Origin: Oscillospiraceae bacterium
Lineage (GTDB): Bacteria > Bacillota > Clostridia > Oscillospirales > CAG-272
Direction: 5' to 3'
DNA: 64,000 bases
NCBI GenBank assembly: GCA_015063895.1
Contig: SVTG01000004.1
Location: 18,923-82,922, forward strand
Within the stretch, counting starts at the first letter, position 1. Each line of letters starts with the position of its first letter. The notes under the pieces were generated by a model. It was given only the letters and a program-made list of their open reading frames with translations. It did not search any database and was not told where the DNA came from. Shown here piece by piece: positions 36,439 to 45,219 of this stretch. Position numbers and translations under genes: made by a program.

Positions 36439-36705
36439 ATGTTGAAGCAAGACGAAAAGCAAGCCATTATTGCGCAGTACGCCACCCACGAGGGTGACAC
36501 CGGTTCCCCCGAGGTTCAGATCGCGATCCTTACCCATCGCATCAACGCTCTTACCGAGCACCTCAAGGCCAACCACAAAGACCACCACAGCCGCCGCGGC
36601 ATGCTGAAGATGATCGGTCACAGACGTAATCTTCTCGGCTACCTGCAGAAGAACGATATCGAGCGTTACCGCGCGATCATCGAGAAGCTGAACCTGCGCA
36701 AGTAA
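36439..36705 (+). CDS. rpsO: 30S ribosomal protein S15
   Basis: 88 aa, [45 protein letters not shown]. Confidence 0.95.
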   Translation: MLKQDEKQAIIAQYATHEGDTGSPEVQIAILTHRINALTEHLKANHKDHHSRRGMLKMIGHRRNLLGYLQKNDIERYRAIIEKLNLRK

Positions 36706-36710
36706 TCTTT

Positions 36711-36764
36711 ACGGGAGTGCGGAGTGGGGCCCTTGCCTCACTCCACGCTCCCGTTTGCGCTTTT
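36711..36764 (+). terminator. rpsO terminator / pnp leader hairpin
   Basis: 16-bp stem ACGGGAGTGCGGAGTG / CACTCCACGCTCCCGT (one wobble, one mismatch), then TTGCGCTTTT. Confidence 0.65.
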
Positions 36765-36889
36765 CACCACACAAAAAACATTCTCCTGCGTTACGTTTTA
36801 ACAGTTAGCTATGCGCCCGAGGGGCGCTCGGACGTGCAGCTAATTGTTAAACCTGCGCAGGTGAAAATATTAAAACGGAGGAAAACAAA

Positions 36890-39013
36890 ATGTCCGAAAA
36901 TGCAGTGAGCACCCCTATGGTGTTCAAAAACTACAAAACCTTCCGCTACACGCTGGCAGGTCGTCCGCTGGTTGTTGAGACCGGCAAAATGGCAGGGCTC
37001 GCTAACGGCTCTTGCCTTATTCGCTACGGCGAAACCGCTATCCTTTGCTGTGCTACCGCATCGGTTCGTCCTCGTGACGGCATCGATTTCCTGCCCCTCT
37101 CGGTTGACTATGACGAGAGAATGTACGCCGCAGGCAAGATCCCCGGTGGCTACCTCAAGCGCGAGGGTAAGCCCTCTGAAAAGGCCGTTCTCACCTCCCG
37201 TGTGATCGACCGCCCCATTCGCCCCCTGTTCCCCAAGGATCTGCGCAACGACGTAGCTCTGACCCTCACCGTGATGTCGGTTGACCCCGAGTGCGCACCC
37301 GAGGTAACCGCTATGATCGGCGCTTCCATCGCCCTTTCGATCTCGGATATTCCGTGGAACGGCCCGATCGGCGGCGTGCACGTAGGTCTCCTTGACGGCA
37401 AGCTGATCATCAACCCCACCGAGGAGCAGCAGAAGGTAAGCGATATGCAGCTGACCGTTGCCGCTTCTATGAAGAAGGTGGTTATGATCGAGGCAGGCGC
37501 CAATCAGGTTGACGACGACACGATGTACGATGCTATTATGCTGGCACACCGTGAGATCAAGGACCTGCTGGTATTCATCAACGCCATCGTTGACGAGATC
37601 GGCAAGCCTAAGTTTGAATATCCCTCCTGCGAGCTTGATCACGACATGTTCGATGAGATCTTTGCCTTCTGCGAGAAGGACCTTATGGTCGCTCTTGACA
37701 CCGACGACAAGACCGTGCGTGATGCGCGCATCGCCCCCATCTACGACGCCATCGTCGAGAAGTTCTCCGAGAAGTACGAGGGCCTTTCCGGCATGATGGA
37801 GGAGCTTCTTTACAAGATGCAAAAGAAGATCGTTCGCCGTTGGCTCCTCGTTGACAAGAAGCGTGTTGACGGTCGCCGTATGGACGAGATCCGTCCCCTT
37901 GCCGCTGAGGTTTCGCTTCTGCCCCGCGTACACGGCTCGGGCCTTTTCACCCGTGGCCAAACGCAGGTCATGACCGCCGCTACCCTCGGCACCCTGGGTG
38001 AGGCACAGATGCTTGACGGCATCGACAGCGAGACCAGCAAGCGCTATATGCACCACTATAACATGCCCGGCTTCTCTACCGGTGAGGCAAAGTCCACCCG
38101 TAGCCCCGGCCGTCGTGAGATCGGTCACGGTGCACTGGCTGAGCGCTCCTTGGTGCCCGTTCTTCCCTCCGAGGAGGAATTCCCCTACGCCATTCGCCTT
38201 GTATCCGACGTGGTATCCTCCAACGGCTCTACCTCGCAGGGCTCTGTTTGCGGCTCTACGCTCGCACTCATGGACGCAGGCGTGCCGATCAAGGCTCCCG
38301 TTGCCGGTATTTCCTGCGGCCTGATCACCGCTGAGGACGGCTCTTGGGACGTTATGATGGACATTCAGGGTCTTGAAGACTTTTACGGCGATATGGACTT
38401 CAAGGTAGCAGGCACCCACAAGGGTATCACCTCTATCCAGATGGACCTGAAGGTCGACGGTCTGACGCCCGAGATCATCAAGGCTGCACTTGCTATGACC
38501 CACAAGGGCCGTGACTATATCATTGACGAGGTGCTTCTCAAGGCAATTCCCGGTCCTCGCACCGAGGTTTCCAAGTACGCACCCAAGATGACCACCATGA
38601 AGATCGACCCCGACAAGATCCGCGAGGTCATCGGTAAGGGTGGCGCTGTGATTCAAAAGATCACCGCCGAGTCCGGAGCCAAGATCGACATTGAGGACGA
38701 CGGCACCATTCGCATTGCCGCCATCAACGGCGAGAGCGCCGACAAGGCACGTGCTGCCATTGCCGCCATCGCTTACGACCCCGAGGTCGGCGCCGTATTC
38801 ACCGGTAAGGTAACGGGTATTAAGGAGTTCGGCTGCTTTGTTGAGTACCTGCCCGGCAAGGAGTGCATGGTGCACATCTCCAAGATCGCCAAGACCCGCA
38901 TTGACAAGGTTGAGGACGTTTTGAAGATGGGCGATACCGTTAAGGTGAAGTACATGGGCTTTGATCAGAAGAAGAACCGCATGGAATTCTCCATCAAGGA
39001 CGCACTTGACTGA
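36890..39013 (+). CDS. pnp: Polyribonucleotide nucleotidyltransferase (PNPase)
   Basis: 707 aa with two RNase PH domains, a KH domain (IGKGGAVIQKI) and an S1 domain (GKVTGIKEFGCFVEY). Confidence 0.95.
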   Translation: MSENAVSTPMVFKNYKTFRYTLAGRPLVVETGKMAGLANGSCLIRYGETAILCCATASVRPRDGIDFLPLSVDYDERMYAAGKIPGGYLKREGKPSEKAVLTSRVIDRPIRPLFPKDLRNDVALTLTVMSVDPECAPEVTAMIGASIALSISDIPWNGPIGGVHVGLLDGKLIINPTEEQQKVSDMQLTVAASMKKVVMIEAGANQVDDDTMYDAIMLAHREIKDLLVFINAIVDEIGKPKFEYPSCELDHDMFDEIFAFCEKDLMVALDTDDKTVRDARIAPIYDAIVEKFSEKYEGLSGMMEELLYKMQKKIVRRWLLVDKKRVDGRRMDEIRPLAAEVSLLPRVHGSGLFTRGQTQVMTAATLGTLGEAQMLDGIDSETSKRYMHHYNMPGFSTGEAKSTRSPGRREIGHGALAERSLVPVLPSEEEFPYAIRLVSDVVSSNGSTSQGSVCGSTLALMDAGVPIKAPVAGISCGLITAEDGSWDVMMDIQGLEDFYGDMDFKVAGTHKGITSIQMDLKVDGLTPEIIKAALAMTHKGRDYIIDEVLLKAIPGPRTEVSKYAPKMTTMKIDPDKIREVIGKGGAVIQKITAESGAKIDIEDDGTIRIAAINGESADKARAAIAAIAYDPEVGAVFTGKVTGIKEFGCFVEYLPGKECMVHISKIAKTRIDKVEDVLKMGDTVKVKYMGFDQKKNRMEFSIKDALD

Positions 39014-39042
39014 TCCTTTCATTACAATTTATAAAAATAACC

Positions 39043-39072
39043 AAAAAGCCGATGGCAACGCCATCGGCTTTT
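39043..39072 (+). terminator. pnp terminator
   Basis: GCCGATGG/CCATCGGC stem extended by A/T pairs, then T4. Confidence 0.75.
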
Positions 39073-39080
39073 GAAATCGT

Positions 39081-39117
39081 AAAAAACCGCAAAACGGCTA
39101 GCCGTTTTGCGGTTTTT
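39081..39117. terminator. Bidirectional terminator (serA side)
   Basis: CCGCAAAACGG/CCGTTTTGCGG 11-bp stem, 4-nt loop, A6 before and T5 after. Confidence 0.8.
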
Positions 39118-39121
39118 GGCT

Positions 39122-40291
39122 TTAAGAGAATCGAATCGTACGTACGCGGCGCACACCCTCAAGGGCCGCGATATCGCGCTCTACCTTCTCGGTTACAGGA
39201 TCGTTGACCTCGAGAATGGTATATGCATTTTCGCCCTTGGATTTGTTCAGAAGATTTTCAATGTTGATACCGTCCTTTGCCATCACCGAAGAAATGTTGG
39301 CAAGCACAGCGGGCACGTTTGCATGCAGCACGCAAACACGCGAGGCAGCAGATACGGGCAGCGTGGCCGCAGGATAATTCACACTGTTTTGAATGTTACC
39401 GTAGCGGATATATTCATCAAGCTCATCGGCAGCCATAAGGGCGCAGTTTTCCTCCGCCTCCTCGGTAGAGCCGCCCAGGTGAGGAATGACCACGACCTGC
39501 GGCATTGCCACGGTTTCCTCGGTCGGGAAATCGGTGACATACGCAGATACGGCACCGCTTTCCAGCGCTACGGCAAGATCGGCGGCATTGACCAGCTCGG
39601 CGCGCGCAAGATTGATGATCTTTACGCCCTTTTTCATTGAGGCGATCGTTTGGGCATTGATCATACCCGTAGTCTTCTCCGTGGCGGGCACGTGCAGCGT
39701 AATATAATCGGCCGCGGCGTACACCTCTTCATACGTGGCAGCCTTTACAATATGATGGTCAAGGTTCCACGCACCTGCAACCGACAGGTACGGATCGCAC
39801 CCAACGACCGTCATGCCAAGCTTCACGGCTGCATTTGCCACCAGACCGCCAATGGCACCGAGGCCAATGACACCAAGGGTCTTGCCACGCAGCTCACTGC
39901 CTGCAAATTTTGCCTTGCCGGCTTCTACCTGCTTGGCCACGTCTGCGGTGCCTGCAAGAGATCTTGCCCAGTTGACGCCGCCGATGATATCGCGCGAGGC
40001 AAGCAGCATAGCACAAATGGCGAGCTCCTTGACACCGTTTGCATTGGCACCGGGGGTATTGAATACCACGATACCCTCCTCCGCACAGCGTGCCACGGGA
40101 ATATTGTTCACACCTGCACCCGCACGGGCGATCGCCAGCAGCTCGGGATTAAAGGTCATGTCGTGCAGCTTTGCCGAGCGCACCATGATGCCGACGGGGC
40201 TTTCCACGTCTGCACCGCAGGTGTAAAGCTCCCGCTCAAGGCGGTCGGTGCCGATCTTGGCAATTTTATTCATCAAAAGAATGTTATTCAT
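39122..40291 (-). CDS. serA: D-3-phosphoglycerate dehydrogenase with a C-terminal ACT domain
   Basis: NAD motif GVIGLGAIGGLVA, 2-hydroxyacid dehydrogenase core, and an ACT-like tail. The start was taken at ATG 40291 after GAAAGGAA. Confidence 0.85.
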   Translation of the reverse strand: MNNILLMNKIAKIGTDRLERELYTCGADVESPVGIMVRSAKLHDMTFNPELLAIARAGAGVNNIPVARCAEEGIVVFNTPGANANGVKELAICAMLLASRDIIGGVNWARSLAGTADVAKQVEAGKAKFAGSELRGKTLGVIGLGAIGGLVANAAVKLGMTVVGCDPYLSVAGAWNLDHHIVKAATYEEVYAAADYITLHVPATEKTTGMINAQTIASMKKGVKIINLARAELVNAADLAVALESGAVSAYVTDFPTEETVAMPQVVVIPHLGGSTEEAEENCALMAADELDEYIRYGNIQNSVNYPAATLPVSAASRVCVLHANVPAVLANISSVMAKDGINIENLLNKSKGENAYTILEVNDPVTEKVERDIAALEGVRRVRTIRFS

Positions 40292-40302
40292 ATCGTTTCC
40301 TT

Positions 40303-41394
40303 TCAAGCCTTGGGATTTTCAGCGGCAAATTTCTTCATAAATGCCACCAGGGCCGCCACGCCCTCAGCAGGCATTGCATTATAAATAGAAGCGCGCATAC
40401 CGCCCACCGAGCGATGGCCCTTGAGGTTTTTCAAGCCGTTGGCGGCCGCCTCCTTGGCAAACTTCTTATCAAGCTCGGCATCGCCCGTAACGAAGGTCAC
40501 GTTCATCATCGAGCGGCTATCCTTTTTCACGGGAGCAAGATAATACGACTGGCTGTCAAGATAGTCGTAAAGAACGGTAGCCTTGGCTACGTTATGCTTT
40601 TTCATCGCCTCAAGACCGCCGATCGAGAGCAGCCACTCGTATACGAGCTTTGCCACGTAGATCGTGTAGCAGGGGGGCGTGTTGTACATGGAGCCGTTTT
40701 CGGCCATCGTCTTCCACTCCATCATAGTGGGCATCTTGGGATCGGCATACTCAAGCAGATCCTCGCGCACGATCACCACGGTAAGACCGGCAGGTGCCAT
40801 ATTCTTCTGCGCCCCGGCATAGATCACGCCGAAGCGGCTGACGTCAACCGGCTCGGACAAAATGCAAGAGGACATATCGGCCACCAGCGGGATATCACCG
40901 GTATCGGGAATATCGGCATATTTGGTGCCGTAGATCGTATTGTTGTAGCAAATATGCACGTAAGAGGCATCGGGGCGGAACATATCGCGCGTGAGCGCGG
41001 GGATATGGTCGAAATTATCCTCCTTGGTGGTAGCAGCGCAGACAACGTCATAGCCCATTTTTTGTGCTTCCTTGAATGCCTTGCCGGAAAACTGACCCGA
41101 AACCACGTAATCGGCCTTACCTGTGCGACCGATCAGATTCATGGGGACGGCTGCAAACTGAAGCGAAGCACCGCCCTGCAAAAACAGCACCTTGTAATTA
41201 TCGGGGATCCCCATCAGCTCGCGCAGCATTTTTTCTGCATCGGCAATGATCGCTTCGTAATCGGGAGATCGGTGCGACATTTCCATCACGGACATACCTG
41301 AGTTGCCGTAAGTAATCAGCTCTGCTGCGGCCTTTTCAAGCACGGGCAGAGGCAGCATCGAGGGGCCTGCGGAAAAATTGTAAACTCTGTTCAT
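40303..41394 (-). CDS. serC: Phosphoserine aminotransferase
   Basis: MNRVYNFSAGPSMLP..., GGASLQF and KNMAPAGLTVVIVR motifs. The start was moved to ATG 41394 after GGAGG. Confidence 0.9.
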   Translation of the reverse strand: MNRVYNFSAGPSMLPLPVLEKAAAELITYGNSGMSVMEMSHRSPDYEAIIADAEKMLRELMGIPDNYKVLFLQGGASLQFAAVPMNLIGRTGKADYVVSGQFSGKAFKEAQKMGYDVVCAATTKEDNFDHIPALTRDMFRPDASYVHICYNNTIYGTKYADIPDTGDIPLVADMSSCILSEPVDVSRFGVIYAGAQKNMAPAGLTVVIVREDLLEYADPKMPTMMEWKTMAENGSMYNTPPCYTIYVAKLVYEWLLSIGGLEAMKKHNVAKATVLYDYLDSQSYYLAPVKKDSRSMMNVTFVTGDAELDKKFAKEAAANGLKNLKGHRSVGGMRASIYNAMPAEGVAALVAFMKKFAAENPKA

Positions 41395-41452
41395 ACCGAA
41401 CCTCCAAAATATTGCCGACACACATCGGCGTAAAATAAAAAGATTAAATTTA

Positions 41453-41481
41453 ATTATATACTCTTTATAGGTCAATGTCAA
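41453..41481 (-). promoter_or_regulatory. serC-serA promoter
   Basis: Minus strand TTGACA (41476-41481), 17 nt, TATAAT (41453-41458). Confidence 0.7.
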
Positions 41482-41683
41482 GTTCTCTGGTGAAAAATTA
41501 TCTCACAAAAAAACTTTGCCGTGTGCTCACCTTTCGTGCAAAATGTCAAAACAGCTTTTTATATTGCCATCGCTTTTTCCATTGTTTTCTATGGATATTT
41601 TCCCACATTGTTACAAACAATATCTTTGACATGATATCAAAATACGAAAAACACCCCACTTTGGGGCCGAATAAGGAGTTAGT

Positions 41684-42259
41684 ATGAAATCAACCGAATT
41701 TGCAAGACGCTCTACGGGCGTGACCAGACGCTGTGACGAGCTGGGGCGTTTGGTATTGCCCAAGGAGATCCGCCGCACCATGCGCATCCGTGAGGGCGAC
41801 CCGCTTGAAATATTTACAAACCGAGAGGGCGAGATCATTTTAAAAAAATACTCCCCCATCGGTGAGCTTGCCTCCTTTGCTGACGAATACGCCGAAACGC
41901 TCTACAAGACCTGCTCGCTCTCGGTGGTGATCTCCGACCGTGATGCCGTGATCGCTGCTGCGGGTGTGCCGCGCAAGGAATATAACGAAAAAACGCTTTC
42001 CCCCGCCCTTGAAAAGATCATTGAAAGCCGTACGCTGTACGTTTGGCGCGAGGGAACCGAGCGCCTGCCTGTCCTGGCAGAGGGGGAAGGCCACACGGTC
42101 AACTGCGCCATGCCGATCCTTGCCGAGGGTGATATCGTGGGGTGTGTCATTTCCATCTCTGTGCCCGACAAGCAAGGGCGCACTGCCTCGGTCAGCGAGG
42201 CTGAAAGCAAGCTGATCCAGACCGCAGCCGGCTTTCTTGGGCGACAGCTGGAATCCTGA
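41684..42259 (+). CDS. spoVT: Stage V sporulation protein T (AbrB-family regulator with a GAF-like domain)
   Basis: N-terminal SpoVT/AbrB swapped-hairpin TGVTRRCDELGRLVLPKEIRRTMRIREGDPLEIF and a C-terminal GAF-like region with PILAEGDIVGCV. Confidence 0.85.
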   Translation: MKSTEFARRSTGVTRRCDELGRLVLPKEIRRTMRIREGDPLEIFTNREGEIILKKYSPIGELASFADEYAETLYKTCSLSVVISDRDAVIAAAGVPRKEYNEKTLSPALEKIIESRTLYVWREGTERLPVLAEGEGHTVNCAMPILAEGDIVGCVISISVPDKQGRTASVSEAESKLIQTAAGFLGRQLES

Positions 42260-42269
42260 GGACGTGATG

Positions 42270-42307
42270 AAAAGGCCGCATCCGTTTTACGCGGACGCGG
42301 CCTTTTT
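42270..42307. terminator. Bidirectional terminator between spoVT and the polysaccharide genes
   Basis: GGCCGCaTCCG / CGGAcGCGGCC stem, 7-nt loop, flanked by A4 and T5. Confidence 0.7.
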
Positions 42308-42308
42308 G

Positions 42309-43673
42309 TTATTTTTTTGAAAGCAAGCCCCGCCACGGGGTATAAAAATCGGCTTGTAACGTGTCATTCCTATCCTCAAGATGCCGCTCAAGCAAGGCAA
42401 AAAAGCACACCGCCAAAAAGGCATAGGGCACAGGACAAAATTCACCCGGATTTACCATCGACATAAGGAAGAGCCCCAGATAACACAGCGCGAAGCCGCA
42501 TTCTCTGTCGCGGCGCACGCGCCACGCGAGGCAAAAGCGCACGTAAAGCTGATACCCCCACGCAAGCACGCCGCACGCGCCAAGACCGCCCACGACCTGC
42601 GCCACAAACACATGATACCAGTTGATCGTTCCCTGCTTACCGCTATAGAGATCGGCATTGCCGCGGTAACCGAGTCCGCTGCCAAACAGCGGATTTTCCA
42701 AAAAGTTTTCAAAGCCGCGGCGCAGCATCTGTGCGCGTGCCTCGTCGGGACGCACCAGGGAAAGCGCATCGGCATTGGCCAGCACAAACCAGAAGCAATA
42801 CCCTGCCACCAGCAGCACCATTGCAAAATAAAAGCGATTCCACAAACGCAGAACATAATCGGTTTCCTGTCGCCAGGCAAAGAGGCAGCAAACGATCAGC
42901 TCAATACCGATAAACAGCGCACCGCCGCGCGAGCCAAGCATCAGCCCCGCAGCAAACATGGTGCCTGCCAGCATATAATGCCCTACGTGGCGTTTTTTCT
43001 GCATCAGGGCGGCCGGCATGGCGATCATCAGTATCGTGGCCATGTTATTGCTCCACTGCACCGTATCGGTTAAAAAAATCGCCCCTGCCGCCGCAAACCT
43101 CGGCAGCATAAACGCAACCGTCACCGCGGCACCCGTAAGCCCCCACCACAAAAGATCGCACGCAAAGCCCTCGCGCACAGCCTTTTCGCGGTATTCGTGC
43201 TTCATGATCAGATAGGAAAGCACAAGACCCGGGCCAAGGCCAAGCATGAACATCAAGGAGGCGGGGCGGAAATAATCCCCTACCGGTATCATGCCGATGC
43301 CGCCGAAAAGCGTCGCTGCGCTCACCGCCACAAGCGGCCAAAGACTCGGTCCCCTTGTCAGACGTGGCTTTGTGCGCCACAAATAAAAGCCGAGCGCCGC
43401 AACCACGATCGGGGCGAGCCAGATATACCCGATAAAGACCGAGAAGGAATCGTAACAAAAGATCAAAAGAAGCGTCAGCTGTAAAAAAGGCAGGGTGATC
43501 AGCTTGACGTTCTTTTGTGTAAAAAGCCCCACGCAAAGCAGCAATAAGAGCGCTACGGCAAAGGGGGCGAGCCTTGCGGTCTCGCCCCCGGTGAAAACCG
43601 CCACGAGAAACACCGCAAGGCTAAGACCTGCGCGATACAGCGCCTCACCGTATTTCAAAAGCAGGGTTTTCAT
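42309..43673 (-). CDS. O-antigen ligase/polymerase-like (Wzy_C-type) membrane protein
   Basis: 454 aa, about 12 TM segments, central loop with MLGSRGGALFIGIE. Confidence 0.6.
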   Translation of the reverse strand: MKTLLLKYGEALYRAGLSLAVFLVAVFTGGETARLAPFAVALLLLLCVGLFTQKNVKLITLPFLQLTLLLIFCYDSFSVFIGYIWLAPIVVAALGFYLWRTKPRLTRGPSLWPLVAVSAATLFGGIGMIPVGDYFRPASLMFMLGLGPGLVLSYLIMKHEYREKAVREGFACDLLWWGLTGAAVTVAFMLPRFAAAGAIFLTDTVQWSNNMATILMIAMPAALMQKKRHVGHYMLAGTMFAAGLMLGSRGGALFIGIELIVCCLFAWRQETDYVLRLWNRFYFAMVLLVAGYCFWFVLANADALSLVRPDEARAQMLRRGFENFLENPLFGSGLGYRGNADLYSGKQGTINWYHVFVAQVVGGLGACGVLAWGYQLYVRFCLAWRVRRDRECGFALCYLGLFLMSMVNPGEFCPVPYAFLAVCFFALLERHLEDRNDTLQADFYTPWRGLLSKK

Positions 43674-43693
43674 ATCGTATCCTCCGACGGAAT

Positions 43694-45211
43694 TTAGTTG
43701 TTGTCGGCGTCCTTAGTACGGTACGCATATTTGCTGTATCGGCTCTGATATCCGTAGCGAGAGCCGTAATGATAGTAGCCAAGCGCACCCTTTGCATTGA
43801 TATCGTTGAGAACAAAGCCTGCAACGCTGGCGTGCATCGTCTGCATGGTTTCCACCACACCTGCGATCGCAGGCAGCTTGGAGTATCCTGCACGTACCAC
43901 CAAAATATAGGACGATACGATAGAGGTCACCACGCCCGCGTCGGCCGTTTCAAGGATCGGGGGCAGATCAATAAATACGTAGTCATACTGCTCCTTGGCC
44001 TCGGCAAGAAGCTGCTGCATACGCGCGGAAGAAAGCAGCTCGGAGGGGTTAGGCGGAATATGACCGCACACAAGCACGTCAAGGCCCTCGTATGCATTTT
44101 TTACAACAGCATTTTCAAAGGGCTTTTGCTCAATACCCGCCAGCACCTCGGAAAGACCGTGACGCTCACCCTCAAGGGAAAAGATCTTGTGCTGCACGGG
44201 GCAACGCATATCGCCGTCGATCAGCAGCACCTTCTTGCCAAGCTGAGCAAAGCTGATCGCTACGTTTGCGATCACCACGCTCTTGCCTGCACCCGCAAAG
44301 CCCGAGGTTACACCGAATACGGGGCTGGTATTATCCTTATGCGCCACATACGTCAGATTGGTGCGCAGCGTTTTGAAGGATTCGACAACCGAGAAAGGCG
44401 TATCCTCCGAGAGCAATCTGCCCTCGTAATTGCGCTGAATATGATTAGGGTCACGGTCACTGTCAAAGCTCTCACGCACAAAGCGCTTACTGCCCTCCTG
44501 CTTTTTGGTAAACCATTGCGGGATCAGGCCGATGATCGGCATATTCCCCGAAACCGTCTTCAGATTTTCCTCGTTGTAAATGGTCTTGTCAAGGAAGGCA
44601 CGCAGGAAGAAATACACGTAAACCAGCGCCACCAGCAGTATGCCGCCGAGCGCCGTATTCAGAAATACGTTAGGAGAATCCGCCACGGTATCGAGCGACC
44701 CGTAATCCACCATTTTAATGTTGATATACGTACGCGTGCTATCGTTTAACAGGATCTCTGGTGCCAGCTCCTGCACCACGGACAAAATATCATAGGCCTC
44801 CTGCGCATCGGTAGAAGCGATCTTCACCGTAAAATTCGCAAGATCACCGTCAGCGGTGGCCGTGATCTTTTCGGAAAGCTGCTTCAGAGTCAGCTCCTTG
44901 CCAAAGCGCCCGTTATAGGTGCGCAGCACCTCACTGAGGAAAACGTTGCCCTTGATCTCGTCGGCATAGTTGGCGGCATACAGTGCAGCACCGACCTGAT
45001 AGCCGCTGCTCATCATATTACCACTCTCTACCGTGCTTTCCACGGCAAACTTAGCAGAGGAAGAATAGGTGGGGTCGATCACCAATTTCGTCAGGGCAAA
45101 GGCACCGCCTGCACCAATAACCAGGGCCAGCAGCAGCCAGATCAGGCGGCGGCGCAGCACCGCCAGCAGGAAGCCAAATGTAATTTCTGTGGTCTTTTCT
45201 TGTTCGTTCAT
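43694..45211 (-). CDS. Fused chain-length determinant (Wzz) and BY-kinase (polysaccharide co-polymerase / tyrosine autokinase)
   Basis: N-terminal Wzz fold with two TM segments. Walker A TSGFAGAGKSVVIANVA, Walker A' VLLIDGDMR, Walker B VFIDLPP, and a Tyr-rich tail GYYHYGSRYGYQSRYSKYAY. Confidence 0.8.
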   Translation of the reverse strand: MNEQEKTTEITFGFLLAVLRRRLIWLLLALVIGAGGAFALTKLVIDPTYSSSAKFAVESTVESGNMMSSGYQVGAALYAANYADEIKGNVFLSEVLRTYNGRFGKELTLKQLSEKITATADGDLANFTVKIASTDAQEAYDILSVVQELAPEILLNDSTRTYINIKMVDYGSLDTVADSPNVFLNTALGGILLVALVYVYFFLRAFLDKTIYNEENLKTVSGNMPIIGLIPQWFTKKQEGSKRFVRESFDSDRDPNHIQRNYEGRLLSEDTPFSVVESFKTLRTNLTYVAHKDNTSPVFGVTSGFAGAGKSVVIANVAISFAQLGKKVLLIDGDMRCPVQHKIFSLEGERHGLSEVLAGIEQKPFENAVVKNAYEGLDVLVCGHIPPNPSELLSSARMQQLLAEAKEQYDYVFIDLPPILETADAGVVTSIVSSYILVVRAGYSKLPAIAGVVETMQTMHASVAGFVLNDINAKGALGYYHYGSRYGYQSRYSKYAYRTKDADNN

Positions 45212-45219
45212 CGCTGTGA

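Noticed and set aside
36809-39022. 737-aa ORF antisense to pnp
   Set aside because: Same shadow-frame artefact. The pnp assignment is unambiguous (RNase PH x2, KH, S1).
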